Origin: a bacterium
Lineage (GTDB): Bacteria > UBA8248 > JACPRG01 > G963555815
NCBI GenBank assembly: GCA_965261595.1
Contig: CBDHDG010000007.1
Location: 608,001-672,000 of the forward strand
Length of the DNA: 64,000 bases
Reading direction: 5' to 3'
Part shown: positions 10,558 through 21,045 of the stretch, one piece after another
Position numbering within the stretch: the stretch's first letter is position 1
Layout: the number at the start of each line of letters is the position of its first letter
Position numbers and translations under genes: made by a program
Notes under the pieces: model-generated
What the model saw: the letters and a program-made list of their open reading frames with translations, nothing else
Database searches by the model: none
Told to the model about the DNA's origin: nothing

Positions 10558-11451
10558 ATGCTGAGCGCGGAAACACTTCGGGGCGTTTATTCAGCCATCG
10601 TGACGTCCTTCCAAGGGGATGAGACGCTCGACGAGGGGGCGCTCCGCAAGCAGACAGAGTACGTCATCGAGAACGGCGTCCACGCCATCATGTCCACGGG
10701 CGGGACGGGCGAGTTCCCCCACATGACCCGGGAAGAGAGAAAAGCGGCCAATGCCGTCATCACGGACCAGGCGGCCGGCCGGATCCCGATCATCGCCGGA
10801 ACGGCGGGATGCAGCACGCGGGAAGCCGTCTTTCTGTCCCAGGACGCCCAGGATGCGGGCGCGGCGGCCGTCATCCTCACCCCGACCTACTACTTCAAGA
10901 TTCCCGAGGAGGGGCTGAAGCGGCACTTCTTCGACGTGGCCGAAGCCCTGGACATTCCGGTCGTGATTTACAACAATCCGCTTTACACGGGCAATCCCAT
11001 GTCGCCGTCTCTCATGGCGGAAATCATGGAGCACCGGAACATCATCGGCGGAAAGCTGAGTCAGGACGACATGGGGCAGCTTGTCGAGACCCTCCGGATC
11101 ACCCGCGGCCGGGTGTCCGTGAACACCGGGATCGACAGCCAGTTCTACCCGGCCCTCTGCGTAGGCTCGCGGGGGATATTCTCCACGGCCTCCTGTGTCA
11201 TCCCCCGGCAGATGGCGGACATCTACGACCACTTCCTCGCGGGCCGTCACGAAGAAGCCCGCGAGCTCCACATGAAGGTCCAGGTCCTCAACCGCTTCCT
11301 CGAGTACGACCCCGGATACGTCGCGCCCGCCAAGGAAGCGCTGGCCATGCTGGGCATCCCCTGCGGCGCCGCCCGCAAACCGTTGCCGCCCCTCACGGAC
11401 GAGCAGCGCGCGGGCGTGAAAGCCGCCCTGCAAGCGCTGGGCATGCTCTGA
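10558..11451 (+). CDS. DapA/NAL-family class I aldolase/lyase
   Basis: GGTGE, IYNNP, Schiff-base K in GGKLS, RKPL; substrate unknown. Confidence 0.85.
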   Translation: MLSAETLRGVYSAIVTSFQGDETLDEGALRKQTEYVIENGVHAIMSTGGTGEFPHMTREERKAANAVITDQAAGRIPIIAGTAGCSTREAVFLSQDAQDAGAAAVILTPTYYFKIPEEGLKRHFFDVAEALDIPVVIYNNPLYTGNPMSPSLMAEIMEHRNIIGGKLSQDDMGQLVETLRITRGRVSVNTGIDSQFYPALCVGSRGIFSTASCVIPRQMADIYDHFLAGRHEEARELHMKVQVLNRFLEYDPGYVAPAKEALAMLGIPCGAARKPLPPLTDEQRAGVKAALQALGML

Positions 11452-11505
11452 GACCCGAATCGACTCTCCCCGGTCCGAGAAGAGACCGGCGGGGGAACGC
11501 GCCCG

Positions 11506-12729
11506 GTGAGTCCTAAGCTTCCGCCGATCGATCCGGATTACACCGTCGGACTCCTGACCGATTTGGTCCGGATCAACAGCGTCAACCCGATGACCTCCCA
11601 GGGGGCCGCGGCTTCGGATGGCCCGGGACCGCCCGGAGAATCCCGGATCGCGGCCCGGTTGGCCGAGGCCATGATGGACCTCGGGGCCGAAGTCGAGATC
11701 ACGCCCGCCGATGAGGCGGGAGAGGAGGCCGACCGGCGGCCGAACGTCATGGGCCGTTGGCCGGGAGAGGGGCGGGGGGCGCGGCCCGGTCCGGAGATCG
11801 TTCTCTGCTCTCACCTGGACACCGTCGGGGTGGCGGGCATGGAGGCCCCCTTCGATCCCGCCGTCCGGGACGGTCGGGTCTTCGGCCGGGGGTCCCTCGA
11901 CGCCAAGGGCCAGTTGGTGATGTTCCTGGCCGCCCTCCACGCCGCGCGGAAGATGGAGGAGCCGCTTCCAGCGAACGTGACGATCGCCGCCGTCAGCGAC
12001 GAGGAAGACCAGAGCGTCGGGGCGCGAAGCATTTTAAAAACGCTTCAGGGGGATTTTTGCATCATCGGGGAGCCGACCGGTCTGGACCTGGTCCTGGCGC
12101 ATAAAGGCTTCTGCTGGATCGAGATCGAGACGTTCGGCAGGGCGGTCCACGGCAGCGTTCCCGAACAGGGAATAGACGCCATCGCCAAGATGGCCGAGGT
12201 CATCCGGGCCGTCGAGGGATTGAAACCGTCTTTGAGGGAGCGCGTCCATCCGCTGCTCGATCACCCCATGATCCACATGGGCGTCATCGAGGGGGGCTCG
12301 GGCGTCAGCACGGTCCCCGACCATTGCCGCCTGACCCTGGAGGTGAGGATGTGTTTGCGGGAGGAGGCCGAGGGAATTTTCGCGGAAATTCGTGATATCC
12401 TGCGTCGCCTCTCGGGGGTCGACCCGGACCTGAAGGCCGAGGCCCGGCTGGGCGTCGTCCGCCAACCCATGGAAATCGATCCGGATCATCCCCTGGTGTC
12501 GGGACTCGCCGCCGCCGTGGAGGCCGCGCTCGGCAAGCCGCCCGCCAGAAACGTCATGGGGGCGTGGACGGACGCCGGGTATTTCGCGGAGAAGATCCCC
12601 ACCGTGGTCTTCGGACCGGGCGACCTGGGCCTCGCCCACTCCAAGGAAGAATTCGTCCCCATCGAAGAGATCGTCCGGGGTGCCGCCGCCGTTCTGCGGT
12701 TATTGACTTCTCCTCCCACAATGGAATGA
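11506..12729 (+). CDS. M20 ArgE/DapE-family deacylase
   Basis: SHLDTV, GRGSLDAKG, DEE, GEPT, AHSKEE. Confidence 0.88.
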   Translation: MSPKLPPIDPDYTVGLLTDLVRINSVNPMTSQGAAASDGPGPPGESRIAARLAEAMMDLGAEVEITPADEAGEEADRRPNVMGRWPGEGRGARPGPEIVLCSHLDTVGVAGMEAPFDPAVRDGRVFGRGSLDAKGQLVMFLAALHAARKMEEPLPANVTIAAVSDEEDQSVGARSILKTLQGDFCIIGEPTGLDLVLAHKGFCWIEIETFGRAVHGSVPEQGIDAIAKMAEVIRAVEGLKPSLRERVHPLLDHPMIHMGVIEGGSGVSTVPDHCRLTLEVRMCLREEAEGIFAEIRDILRRLSGVDPDLKAEARLGVVRQPMEIDPDHPLVSGLAAAVEAALGKPPARNVMGAWTDAGYFAEKIPTVVFGPGDLGLAHSKEEFVPIEEIVRGAAAVLRLLTSPPTME

Positions 12730-12736
12730 ACCGGAA

Positions 12737-13870
12737 ATGAGCGAAACGAAAAGTCCCGTCGGCGAAATCCTGCGCAGAGGCATGGAGTCCCTTTCCCCGC
12801 TGGCGCCGATTGCCGACGCGGCGGAGGTGAAGCGAAGGTCCGGCCGGGAGGTGGCCCGCATCGGGACCAACGAGAACCCGATGGCCCCATCCCCGGCGGC
12901 CGTCGCGGCGGCCGGGCGGGCGCTCCAGGAGCCCAACCGCTATCCCGACCCGATGAGCCGAGAGCTTCGGGAGGCCATCGGAGCTCATCACGGCCTGACG
13001 GCCGGGCACGTCTTCGTGGGCAACGGGGGCGATGAGGTCATTTCGGTCTTTTCCCGCGCCCTCCTCAACGAAGAGGACGAGGTCCTCATCCCCTGGCCGG
13101 CCTTCTCGACGTATGTGGTCACCGCCCAGGTGGCGGGGGCGCAAGTGATCCTCAGTCCGCTGAAGGACCACGCCATCGACGTGGACGACGTCCTGTCCCG
13201 AATCACGGACCGGACGAAGCTCCTTTATCTCTGCAATCCCAACAACCCGACCGCGACGATGCTGGCCCCGGAGGACTTCGAGCGGATCGCCGCGGCCGTT
13301 CCCGCGCGCGCCGTCGTCATTTCCGATGAGGCCTACCGGGATTTTGTGGAGGACGAGGTCCCCTATGCCGACACCGTGGGCCGGCTCCGGAGGGGGGACG
13401 CCCCGCATCTGCTGATCGTCAAGACCTTCTCCAAGGTCTACGCGCTGGCGGGGTTGCGCGTGGGCTACCTCCTGGGCGATCCCGAGGTGATCGCCCACCT
13501 GTTCCGCGCCAAGGAGTTCTTCAACGTCAACCGGGTCGCCCAGGCGGCGGCCCAAGCGGCGCTGGAGGATGAGGAACACTATCAAAAGAGCCGCGCGTTC
13601 ATCATCGGGGAGCGCAGATACATCGAAGCCGAGATCAGAGAGCGGGGTCTTCGATACGTCCCGTCGCAGACCAATTTCATTCTGATCGAGATCGGCGGAC
13701 AGGATGAGGCCGACGCGGTGTTCGAAAGGCTCCTGGACCGGGGGATCCTGGCCCGCGCCGGAAAGGGATTCGGGGCGCCCGGAACGGTCCGTATCTCAAT
13801 CGGAACGCGCGAGGAGAACGAGCGGGTCCTGGCGGTGTTGATTGAAGGCCACACATCACGAGGGCCTTGA
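12737..13870 (+). CDS. hisC: Histidinol-phosphate aminotransferase-like PLP enzyme
   Basis: NENP, NRYPD, CNPNNPT, DEAY, KTFSKVYALAGLRVGY. Confidence 0.8.
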   Translation: MSETKSPVGEILRRGMESLSPLAPIADAAEVKRRSGREVARIGTNENPMAPSPAAVAAAGRALQEPNRYPDPMSRELREAIGAHHGLTAGHVFVGNGGDEVISVFSRALLNEEDEVLIPWPAFSTYVVTAQVAGAQVILSPLKDHAIDVDDVLSRITDRTKLLYLCNPNNPTATMLAPEDFERIAAAVPARAVVISDEAYRDFVEDEVPYADTVGRLRRGDAPHLLIVKTFSKVYALAGLRVGYLLGDPEVIAHLFRAKEFFNVNRVAQAAAQAALEDEEHYQKSRAFIIGERRYIEAEIRERGLRYVPSQTNFILIEIGGQDEADAVFERLLDRGILARAGKGFGAPGTVRISIGTREENERVLAVLIEGHTSRGP

Positions 13871-13900
13871 TGCGGGGGGGGCGCTTGCGTGCCGACCAAA

Positions 13901-14275
13901 CTGGGCGCTTGCGCGCCGGCCAAGCTGCGGATGGAGGGGTTGTGCTTATTACAATCTCCTCTGGCGCACGGTTGTCCGGTTCGTCTCAAAAGGTAAGCGC
14001 ACGAGTGCGGAAATCCAGACACCGAGTGGCCGCCCCAACGTCATTAGGCGATAGTGTGCTTTGCACACTATCGCAAAAACTGACGCTTTGGCCGGATGCT
14101 GCGGCTGCCCTAGGCAGACGGGCATCCGGCCAAAGACACAAGCCATCAAGGGCCACAGCCGACCGGTACAGCCAATCCAACACCCGCCCCGGTAAGGCTA
14201 AAGCCAGAGGCTTGGCCGCCGAAAGTTTTTCGGGGGGGTCCAGGGGGGGCGGTTTTTCAAAAAAGCCCCCCCTGG
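13901..14275 (-). repeat. 375-bp structured intergenic element, copy B (inverted)
   Basis: Reverse-complement homology to 3876-4250 at both ends; terminal hairpin tandemly duplicated at ~13879-13926. Confidence 0.85.
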
Positions 14276-14294
14276 GAGGTGGACGGGAGAAGGT

Positions 14295-15689
14295 ATGAAC
14301 GCGACACCGCCTGATCCGCTCAAAGGGTATCGGGGACGCGCCCTGGAGGCGTTGAAGTCCTTCGGCGTGCGAGTGTGGAGCGAGGTCGAAGCCGAGACCA
14401 AGCGCGGGAAGTTTCACGGGATCATCCTGCCCCGCGCCGAACAGGCCGACGATCGGCACATCGTCCTGAAGCTCCCCACCGGATACAACGTCGGCGTCTC
14501 GGCCGAAAGCCTCCTGGACCTGCGGGAGGTCGGTTACCGGGAAGCCCACTACCAGATCCCCGAGAAAGAGTTCCCGACCGACCCGTCGAAGCCCGACGTG
14601 ACGCTCCTCGGGACGGGCGGGACGATCGCCAGCCGGCTGGACTACCGGACCGGGGCCGTCATCCCGGCCTTCTCGCCGGGGGAGCTCTACGGAGCCGTTC
14701 CGGAGCTGGCCGACATCTGCAACCTCAAGACCATCAAGCTGTACGGCGTATTCAGCGAGAACATCAGGCCCGAGCACTGGATCGGGACGGCGCGCGCCAT
14801 CGAGCGGGAGATCACACACGGGGTGGACGGGATCGTCGTCGGACACGGCACCGACACGATGCACTACACGGCGGCGGCCCTGACCTTCATGGTCCAGGAC
14901 CCGCCGGTCCCCATCGTCCTGGTCGGCTCGCAGAGATCGAGCGACCGGCCGAGCTCGGACGCGGCCCTCAACCTCATTCACGCCACCCACGCCGCCGCCC
15001 GGGGAAAGATCGCGGAGGTCATGGTCTGTATGTTCGGCCCCACCAGCGACGCCTACGCCCTGCTCCACCGGGGGGTCCGGGTCCGGAAGATGCACAGCAG
15101 CTACCGCTCGACCTTCCGGACACTCGGCGACACGCCCCTGGCCAAAATCGAGCGTGACGTCCTGACGTCCATCAAGACCGACTGGCGGCCGAGGAGGGAG
15201 GACCGGAAGGTCCGCGTCGAGACCCGGTTCGAGGAGCGGGTCGCCATCCTCTACTACTACCCCAACATGCATCCCGACGTGCTCGAGGCCTTCATCGACA
15301 ATGGATACAAGGGCATCGTCATCGCCGGCACGGGGTTGGGACACGTCAATAAGCCCCTTTACCCCGCCTTGGAGAAGGCCCGGGACGCGGGAATCCCGGT
15401 GTTCATGACCGTCCAGACCCTTTGGGGATACACACAGATGTACGTCTACGACTCGGGGCGCGACATCCTGGAGCGGGGGGTGATCCCGCTCGGCAACATG
15501 CTCCCCGAAGTGGCCTACGTGAAGCTCGGCTGGGCGCTCGGCCAAACGGACGACCCGGAGGAAGTGAAACGAATCATGCTCACCCCGGTTTCGGACGAGA
15601 TCACCGACCGGGAGCCCCCCAACGGCTACGTCATCCTCCAGGGCGGCCTCCCCGAGGTGGACGAGTTCCTCGGCCGGTATTGGAAATAG
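14295..15689 (+). CDS. gatD: Glu-tRNA(Gln) amidotransferase subunit D
   Basis: GatD N-terminal domain (LKLPTGYNVGV); TGGTIASRLDYRTGAV, HGTDT, SQRSSDRPSSDA, KMHSSYR, PEVAYVKLGWALG. Confidence 0.93.
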   Translation: MNATPPDPLKGYRGRALEALKSFGVRVWSEVEAETKRGKFHGIILPRAEQADDRHIVLKLPTGYNVGVSAESLLDLREVGYREAHYQIPEKEFPTDPSKPDVTLLGTGGTIASRLDYRTGAVIPAFSPGELYGAVPELADICNLKTIKLYGVFSENIRPEHWIGTARAIEREITHGVDGIVVGHGTDTMHYTAAALTFMVQDPPVPIVLVGSQRSSDRPSSDAALNLIHATHAAARGKIAEVMVCMFGPTSDAYALLHRGVRVRKMHSSYRSTFRTLGDTPLAKIERDVLTSIKTDWRPRREDRKVRVETRFEERVAILYYYPNMHPDVLEAFIDNGYKGIVIAGTGLGHVNKPLYPALEKARDAGIPVFMTVQTLWGYTQMYVYDSGRDILERGVIPLGNMLPEVAYVKLGWALGQTDDPEEVKRIMLTPVSDEITDREPPNGYVILQGGLPEVDEFLGRYWK

Positions 15690-15882
15690 CGGCCTGCGCG
15701 CTGACTCGTCTCGACGATTGTGTTAGTAAAAAGCGGATTTCAATGGAAAATGACTTGCTGAACCATTCGTCCGAGGGGCTGGTACGGCGCCCGGCCCCTA
15801 CATTCTGGTAGCGTAGAATCCTTCCACAGATGTAGGGGAGGGGCTCCGCACCCTCCCCCATCACTTCCGCACTGACTGTCGT

Positions 15883-17842
15883 TCAGGTGGTCGGGTCAGC
15901 CGGCCGCGCGGCCTCCCACCGTTCTTCGAGCATGGCCCGAATCTCCCGTCCCTCCCTCCGGCCCCGCACCCGCTTCATCACGAATCCCATGAGGTAAGCG
16001 ACGCGGTTCTCATCGGCGGGGTTGTGCATGGGGGCCTTCCCACGTGAGGCAATGACCTCATCGATGGTCTCCCGCATCTCCTCGTCCGTCAGGGGAGACA
16101 AACCCGCGCCGTTCAGCGCCGCGTCCACTGTCAGACCGGGAGAGCTGGCCAGCCTTTCCAGAAGGCGCGGGATCGCCTCCCGGCCGAACCGGCCGTCTCG
16201 GTAGGCCCGGAAGAGGTCCACCCATTGCTCATCGCCGCAGGTTGTCAGGTCGGCCCCGCCCCCTGCCCCTTCCCCTCTTCCCCCGGCCGCCAGGGCCTTC
16301 CAATCGTGGACCAGCGTGATCCCCGCGAGGAGAGGCGGGACGCCCGTCTCCTCCATGATCCGGTCCAACAGGTTCCCCCGCGTCGAGAAGGCGAGGGCCT
16401 CGATGACGTCCGGCGGCAGCCCCCAGGCCCGGTAGCGGGCCTCCCGCTCCCAGGGCGGCTTCGATCCGGGCGATTCGCTCTTCCTCGACGGGAATCAGCG
16501 GAAGGTCCGTATCGGGATACATCCGGTCCGGTCCGGGAAGGACCCGCTCGAAATCGGTCGTGCCGTCTTTCAGCGCCTGGCGCGTTTCCATTGGGATTCC
16601 CACGGCCGCCTCCCGGCAGCGGGTCTCGATCTCCCGGACGGCCGTTTTGACATCTTCCTCCGGCCCCCAGACGATCAGGAGGGCGTCGGCTGAATCGGCC
16701 CCCGTGACTTCGGCCGCCGCATCCCAGGCGCCGAGGCTCAGCCGCTCCGGATGGCGCGGGTCGGAGGCCTCCCGGCAGAACAGGACAGGCGGCTGGTCGA
16801 GGCAGGCGATGACCCGGACCCGTCCCGCCACGTCCCGCAGGAAGGGCACGCTCTCGCCGCCGGGACCCTCCTGAAGGGACCGGTCGAGGATGCCCGCAAA
16901 GCGCGGAACCCGAACGGCCCACACCGCCCGACCCGCCGCGCGGGCCTTTCGCAGGATGGGATGATCCAATGAGGCGGCCGGCGCCGGGGCGGCGCGGGCG
17001 GAAATGTCCTCGGCCCCGATGCCGCGGCGTTTCAGCTCCTCGCGGATCTCCAGGAGCCCCTTCTGGCGGAGGGCCTCGTTGTGGGTCAGCGGCACGAAGG
17101 CCCTTACCCGCGGGACGCCCTTGATCTCGATCCGGGGCGCTCCGTCGATGCTCACGTTCACGTCCTGGCGGACCGAGCCGATTCCCCGCCGGACCTTTCC
17201 CGTCGAGCGGAGGATTTGCCCGATGCGCCACCCCACCTCGGCCACCTCCCCGGGGGTCCGCATCTCCGGATAGGTGACCACCTCGAACAGGGGCATGCCC
17301 AGCCGGTCCGTGCGGAACGTGATCCGGTGACCCTCGTCCCTCACCTCTCGGCAGGAGTCCTCCTCGATGCTCACCTGAACCACCGGAACCGTGCGGTCCG
17401 CCAGGGGGATTTCTCCTTCCACGCCGATGATGGCGGTTCGCTGAAAGCCGGTCGGAATGCTCCCGTCCAGGTACTGTTTCCGGGTGATGTGAATTTCCCC
17501 CACGATGCTGGAGCGGAACAGCAACGCCATCTCCAGGACGATATCGATCGTCTCGGGGTCCGGCGGAAACGGGGGCGTGTCGTCCATCTCATAGGTGCAA
17601 ACCGTGTCGTTGCGGACCTGATAGACAACCTCCTTGCGGGTCTTGAACTCCATGAGGGCGGTGCCGTCGTATTCGCCCAGCTCCGACAGGGTCGGCCGCA
17701 TGTGGCGAAGGAGCTCGGCGTCGTAACGCGGCGAATACCGGCCCGCCGGGCATCGGCAGAAAAGCTTCCGATCCGTCAGGAGTTGATAATGGACTTCGAG
17801 GCCCGAGCGAAAACCCAGGGCCTGATAATCGAGCTTCCGCAC
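15883..17842 (-). pseudogene. gatE: Glu-tRNA(Gln) amidotransferase subunit E, frameshifted near 16455
   Basis: GLEVHYQL..KLFCRCP, RPTLSELGEYD, DGSIPTGFQRT, RQDVNVSI, insertion domain, PGPDRMYPDTDLP; tail continues in the 15883-16368 frame. Confidence 0.9.
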
Positions 17843-18094
17843 CGCATCGTTCCGAATAGAGGGAAATTCGAAAGGGAGAGATGTCTCGTTACGCGCCGAT
17901 TCTAATCCATCCCGGCGCCCGGCTCAAACCCGGGCTTCGGCGGCCGGGCCGGGTTTTCACCCCGCGGCGAACCGCGTGACTCCGGGGACATTCACGATTA
18001 TATTGAAGGTTTCGCAACACGTCCCGGACCGTCCGCGCACCAAGAGCCGCGGCGGTCGCCCAATCAGCTCCAATCCATTGGCAAGGGGAGAAAC

Positions 18095-19042
18095 ATGCAG
18101 CTTCTGACCTACAAAACGGACGGCGGGGAGAAAGTGGGTCTTCATGTTCAGGGAACGGTGTATGACATTCAGGCTTGTCTGGAGGAGGCGGGGGCGGACC
18201 TGGGCGCGTCTGTTCCTGGAGCCCTTCCGGACCTGAAGGGAATGATCGGCGCGTGGGACCGGTGGGAAGGCCCGCTCCGCGCGCTGGAAGAGAAATTGGA
18301 CGACTTCCGGGATCGGATTGCCGATTCCGCCCGACAACCGGTGCATAAGATCCCTTTCCTTCCGCCGATTCCCCGGCCCGGAAAGAACCCGGTCATGCTC
18401 GGCCGCAACTATCAGGCTCACGCCGACGAGGGCGCCCGGGTCTATGGCCCGGAGATCGGCTCCTCCGTCATCGAGCACCCCATCTATTTCACCAAGGCGG
18501 CCACCAGCCTCATCGGACACCGGGAGGGCGTCATCCACCACGCCGTCACGAATGAGCTGGACTACGAGGTGGAGCTGGCCGTTGTCATGGGCCGCGGCGG
18601 GCGGGCGATTCCGCCCGAGAAGGTCTTCGACCATGTTTTCGGCTATACGGTCTGCAACGATATCTCGGCCCGGGACCTCCAGCACAGACACAACCAGTGG
18701 TTTCTCGGAAAGTCCCTGGACGCCTCCTTCCCCATCGGTCCCTGGATTGTGACGAAAGACGAGATCCCCAATCCGCATTCACTGAACGTCGCCTGCCGCG
18801 TCAACGGGGAGACCCGCCAGGACGCCAACACTTCGGATTTTATTTTCGACATCCCGACCTGCGTATCCGTCTTTTCGCAGGGCGTCTCCTTCGAGGCCGG
18901 AGACATCCTCGCGACGGGGACGCCCGAGGGTTGCGGATTCGGGCTGGACCCTCCCCGGTTTCTGAAACCCGGAGATGTCGTGGAGTGCGAAGTCGAAGGG
19001 GTGGGTTGCCTCGTGAATCCGGTGGTCGCCCCGCCCGCGTAG
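18095..19042 (+). CDS. Fumarylacetoacetate hydrolase family protein
   Basis: GRNY, DYEVEL, NDISARD, GKS, TGTPEG. Confidence 0.92.
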   Translation: MQLLTYKTDGGEKVGLHVQGTVYDIQACLEEAGADLGASVPGALPDLKGMIGAWDRWEGPLRALEEKLDDFRDRIADSARQPVHKIPFLPPIPRPGKNPVMLGRNYQAHADEGARVYGPEIGSSVIEHPIYFTKAATSLIGHREGVIHHAVTNELDYEVELAVVMGRGGRAIPPEKVFDHVFGYTVCNDISARDLQHRHNQWFLGKSLDASFPIGPWIVTKDEIPNPHSLNVACRVNGETRQDANTSDFIFDIPTCVSVFSQGVSFEAGDILATGTPEGCGFGLDPPRFLKPGDVVECEVEGVGCLVNPVVAPPA

Positions 19043-19095
19043 ACCCCCGGCTCCGCTCGCGGGCGCCCCGAAGTGGAGGAAGCCGGATGGCGGAC

Positions 19096-19138
19096 AAAAA
19101 AACCGGAGCGGCCAGCCAGGCCGCTCCGGTTTTTTTTT
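19096..19138. terminator. Bidirectional intrinsic terminator
   Basis: A7-CCGGAGCGGCC-loop-GGCCGCTCCGG-T9 between convergent genes. Confidence 0.85.
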
Positions 19139-19160
19139 ATGAGGCAGACTTACACGTGGT

Positions 19161-20618
19161 TTAGAAGAACCACTGAAGCTTCCAAATCGCCTGCCAGGAG
19201 TTGTCGTTGTTGTTGACCGCCCGGTTGGTTCCACCAGCCACCTGGAGGTCATTCGCCACCGGCGTCCGCAGCTCGCCGTAGTCGCCGGCGATCAGGTAAT
19301 CAAATCCACCGGTCACCGAAACGCCCTTGTAAAGCGTCCAGGTCGCGCTGAAATCGAGTTCCGTGTCGATGTAACGATTACTCTTGAAAGGCGTGGTCCC
19401 CGTCGCCGTCAGGTCCGGACGGGAGTGCGCCGATTAGATGGCCCCGACCGTTCCCTGAACGAGAAGGCTTTTCAGCACCCGGTAGGAACCGTCAAAGGAC
19501 ACCACCGAGACGCCGTTGCCACGCGAGTACCGGCCACCCGTTCCGCCGGTGTTCCCGCCGATGTTCCGCGCGCCGACCGTCAAGGTGTCGTTGTACTTAT
19601 CGCCGAACCAGAGGTCCGTCGGGCCCTTGGAACGCGCGTCGCACCCGCTCTCCCCGGTGATCGGCGAGCAGCCGACCGCGAAGAACTGGTCCTCATTGCT
19701 ATCGTTCTGGTTGGTGTCGCCCGAGGACATCACATAGTTCACCGACAGGTTCGCGGCGCCCAGCGTCACACCACCCTGCAGCCAGAGCACATAGGCGCTG
19801 ACGTCGATGTCGGCCGTGGCGTCCGTGGCGACGCGATCGATTTCGCCGCTCTGGTACACGAAGTCGGCCTTCCCGCTGAAGTTCTTGTAGCGGGCCGAAC
19901 CCGAAATCGCCGGATACCACGACGTGATCTTCTCGGACCGCGTGGCCGTCCGGTTTTGCTCGTGGAACACCACGTACGGCATGATCCGAACGCCCTTCAT
20001 GGGCGAGAACGGCAGCTTGCCGATGTAGACGTCGTCGTCATCGGCGAAGTCCAGACCGAGCGTGCCCGAGGAGGTCTCGTCCCGCTTGTAGACCTCGAAC
20101 CGGGGCTTGAAAATGCCGACCGTTCCAAAGAGCTGGATGCCGAACTCACGCAGGTTGGGCAGACGGCCCACCAGCCCGCGGGGCAGGAAGACGTTGTCGC
20201 GGCCAAACTTGATGAACCAGGGACCCGGCACCATGGGGAGCTTCACCTGGAGGTTGTACACGACGACATCCACATCGGTCCGGCCCGCGATTGCCAGGAA
20301 TCCCGTCCCGAAGTTTACGCCGTCGTCACCGCCAATCTGGTTAAAGTTCCCGATGTCCAACTGGAAGAACATCCGGGCCTTGTCTCCCATCGTCGAGACG
20401 ATGTAGGGACGGAAGACATGATCGTAGTACCGCCACTCATCCCGGCCGAGATCGCCGGGAGCGCCCTTGACCGTATCCAACCGGTCCTGGTTGTTGGAGG
20501 CGATGCCGCGAAAGCGGAACCAACCGCCGAACTTGAAATCCACCTGTGCCGTTGCGGGGACGACGAGCGCCACCATCAACGCAAAGGCAATCAATCCTAA
20601 GGAAATTTTCCGGGTCAT
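19161..20618 (-). pseudogene. Outer-membrane beta-barrel/porin with in-frame TAA at 19434-19436
   Basis: Signal peptide MTRKISLG...PATA; same frame continues after the stop to WKLQWFF with C-terminal Phe. Confidence 0.78.
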
Positions 20619-21029
20619 ACGGGACCTCCCTCTTGATGTCTGGATTTCATACTCCCCGAACCAACTCTCCCGATGAACAGATGTTTCCCCTTTTACCTCC
20701 CTCCCTTTGAGAAGGCGGGATTTATCGAAACCCCGCCGTTGGATGAAACGTTCCCCTTGAGCCTTCAACCGATGATGAGGAAGCAGAGGGCCGAGAACCC
20801 AGCCTCGAACCGTTGGAAGCGGTTGCCGTGGTTGGGGTGATTCCGGTCCCTTTTCCGGTGGTTCCACAGAAAGCCGGGTCTCGGCTTCTCCTCTGCCTTG
20901 GACCTTCTCCAATTTAACCTACGAAGGGATTCATAAAATCCCTCGATCTCCAAGGTCGTTCTTCAAATTGTCTACACCGCAGCCTTTCGCCTTCCGATGA
21001 GAGCGCAAATTACCACCTCCAATTATCAA

Positions 21030-21045
21030 AGCAAGAGCGATGCCA
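21030..21045 (-). promoter_or_regulatory. Sigma54 -24/-12 promoter facing the porin
   Basis: Minus strand TGGCAT-CGCTC-TTGCT; AT-rich tract just upstream (21065-21100). Confidence 0.75.

Noticed and set aside
13879..13926. 24-bp tandem repeat as a CRISPR array
   Set aside because: Two adjacent units, no spacer, no cas genes; it is a duplicated end hairpin of the 375-bp element.
14295..15689. Plain L-asparaginase
   Set aside because: It has the GatD-specific N-terminal domain and motifs and an adjacent gatE.
20765..20953. 62-aa ORF in the porin leader
   Set aside because: TTG start, no clear RBS or motif; cannot be supported.
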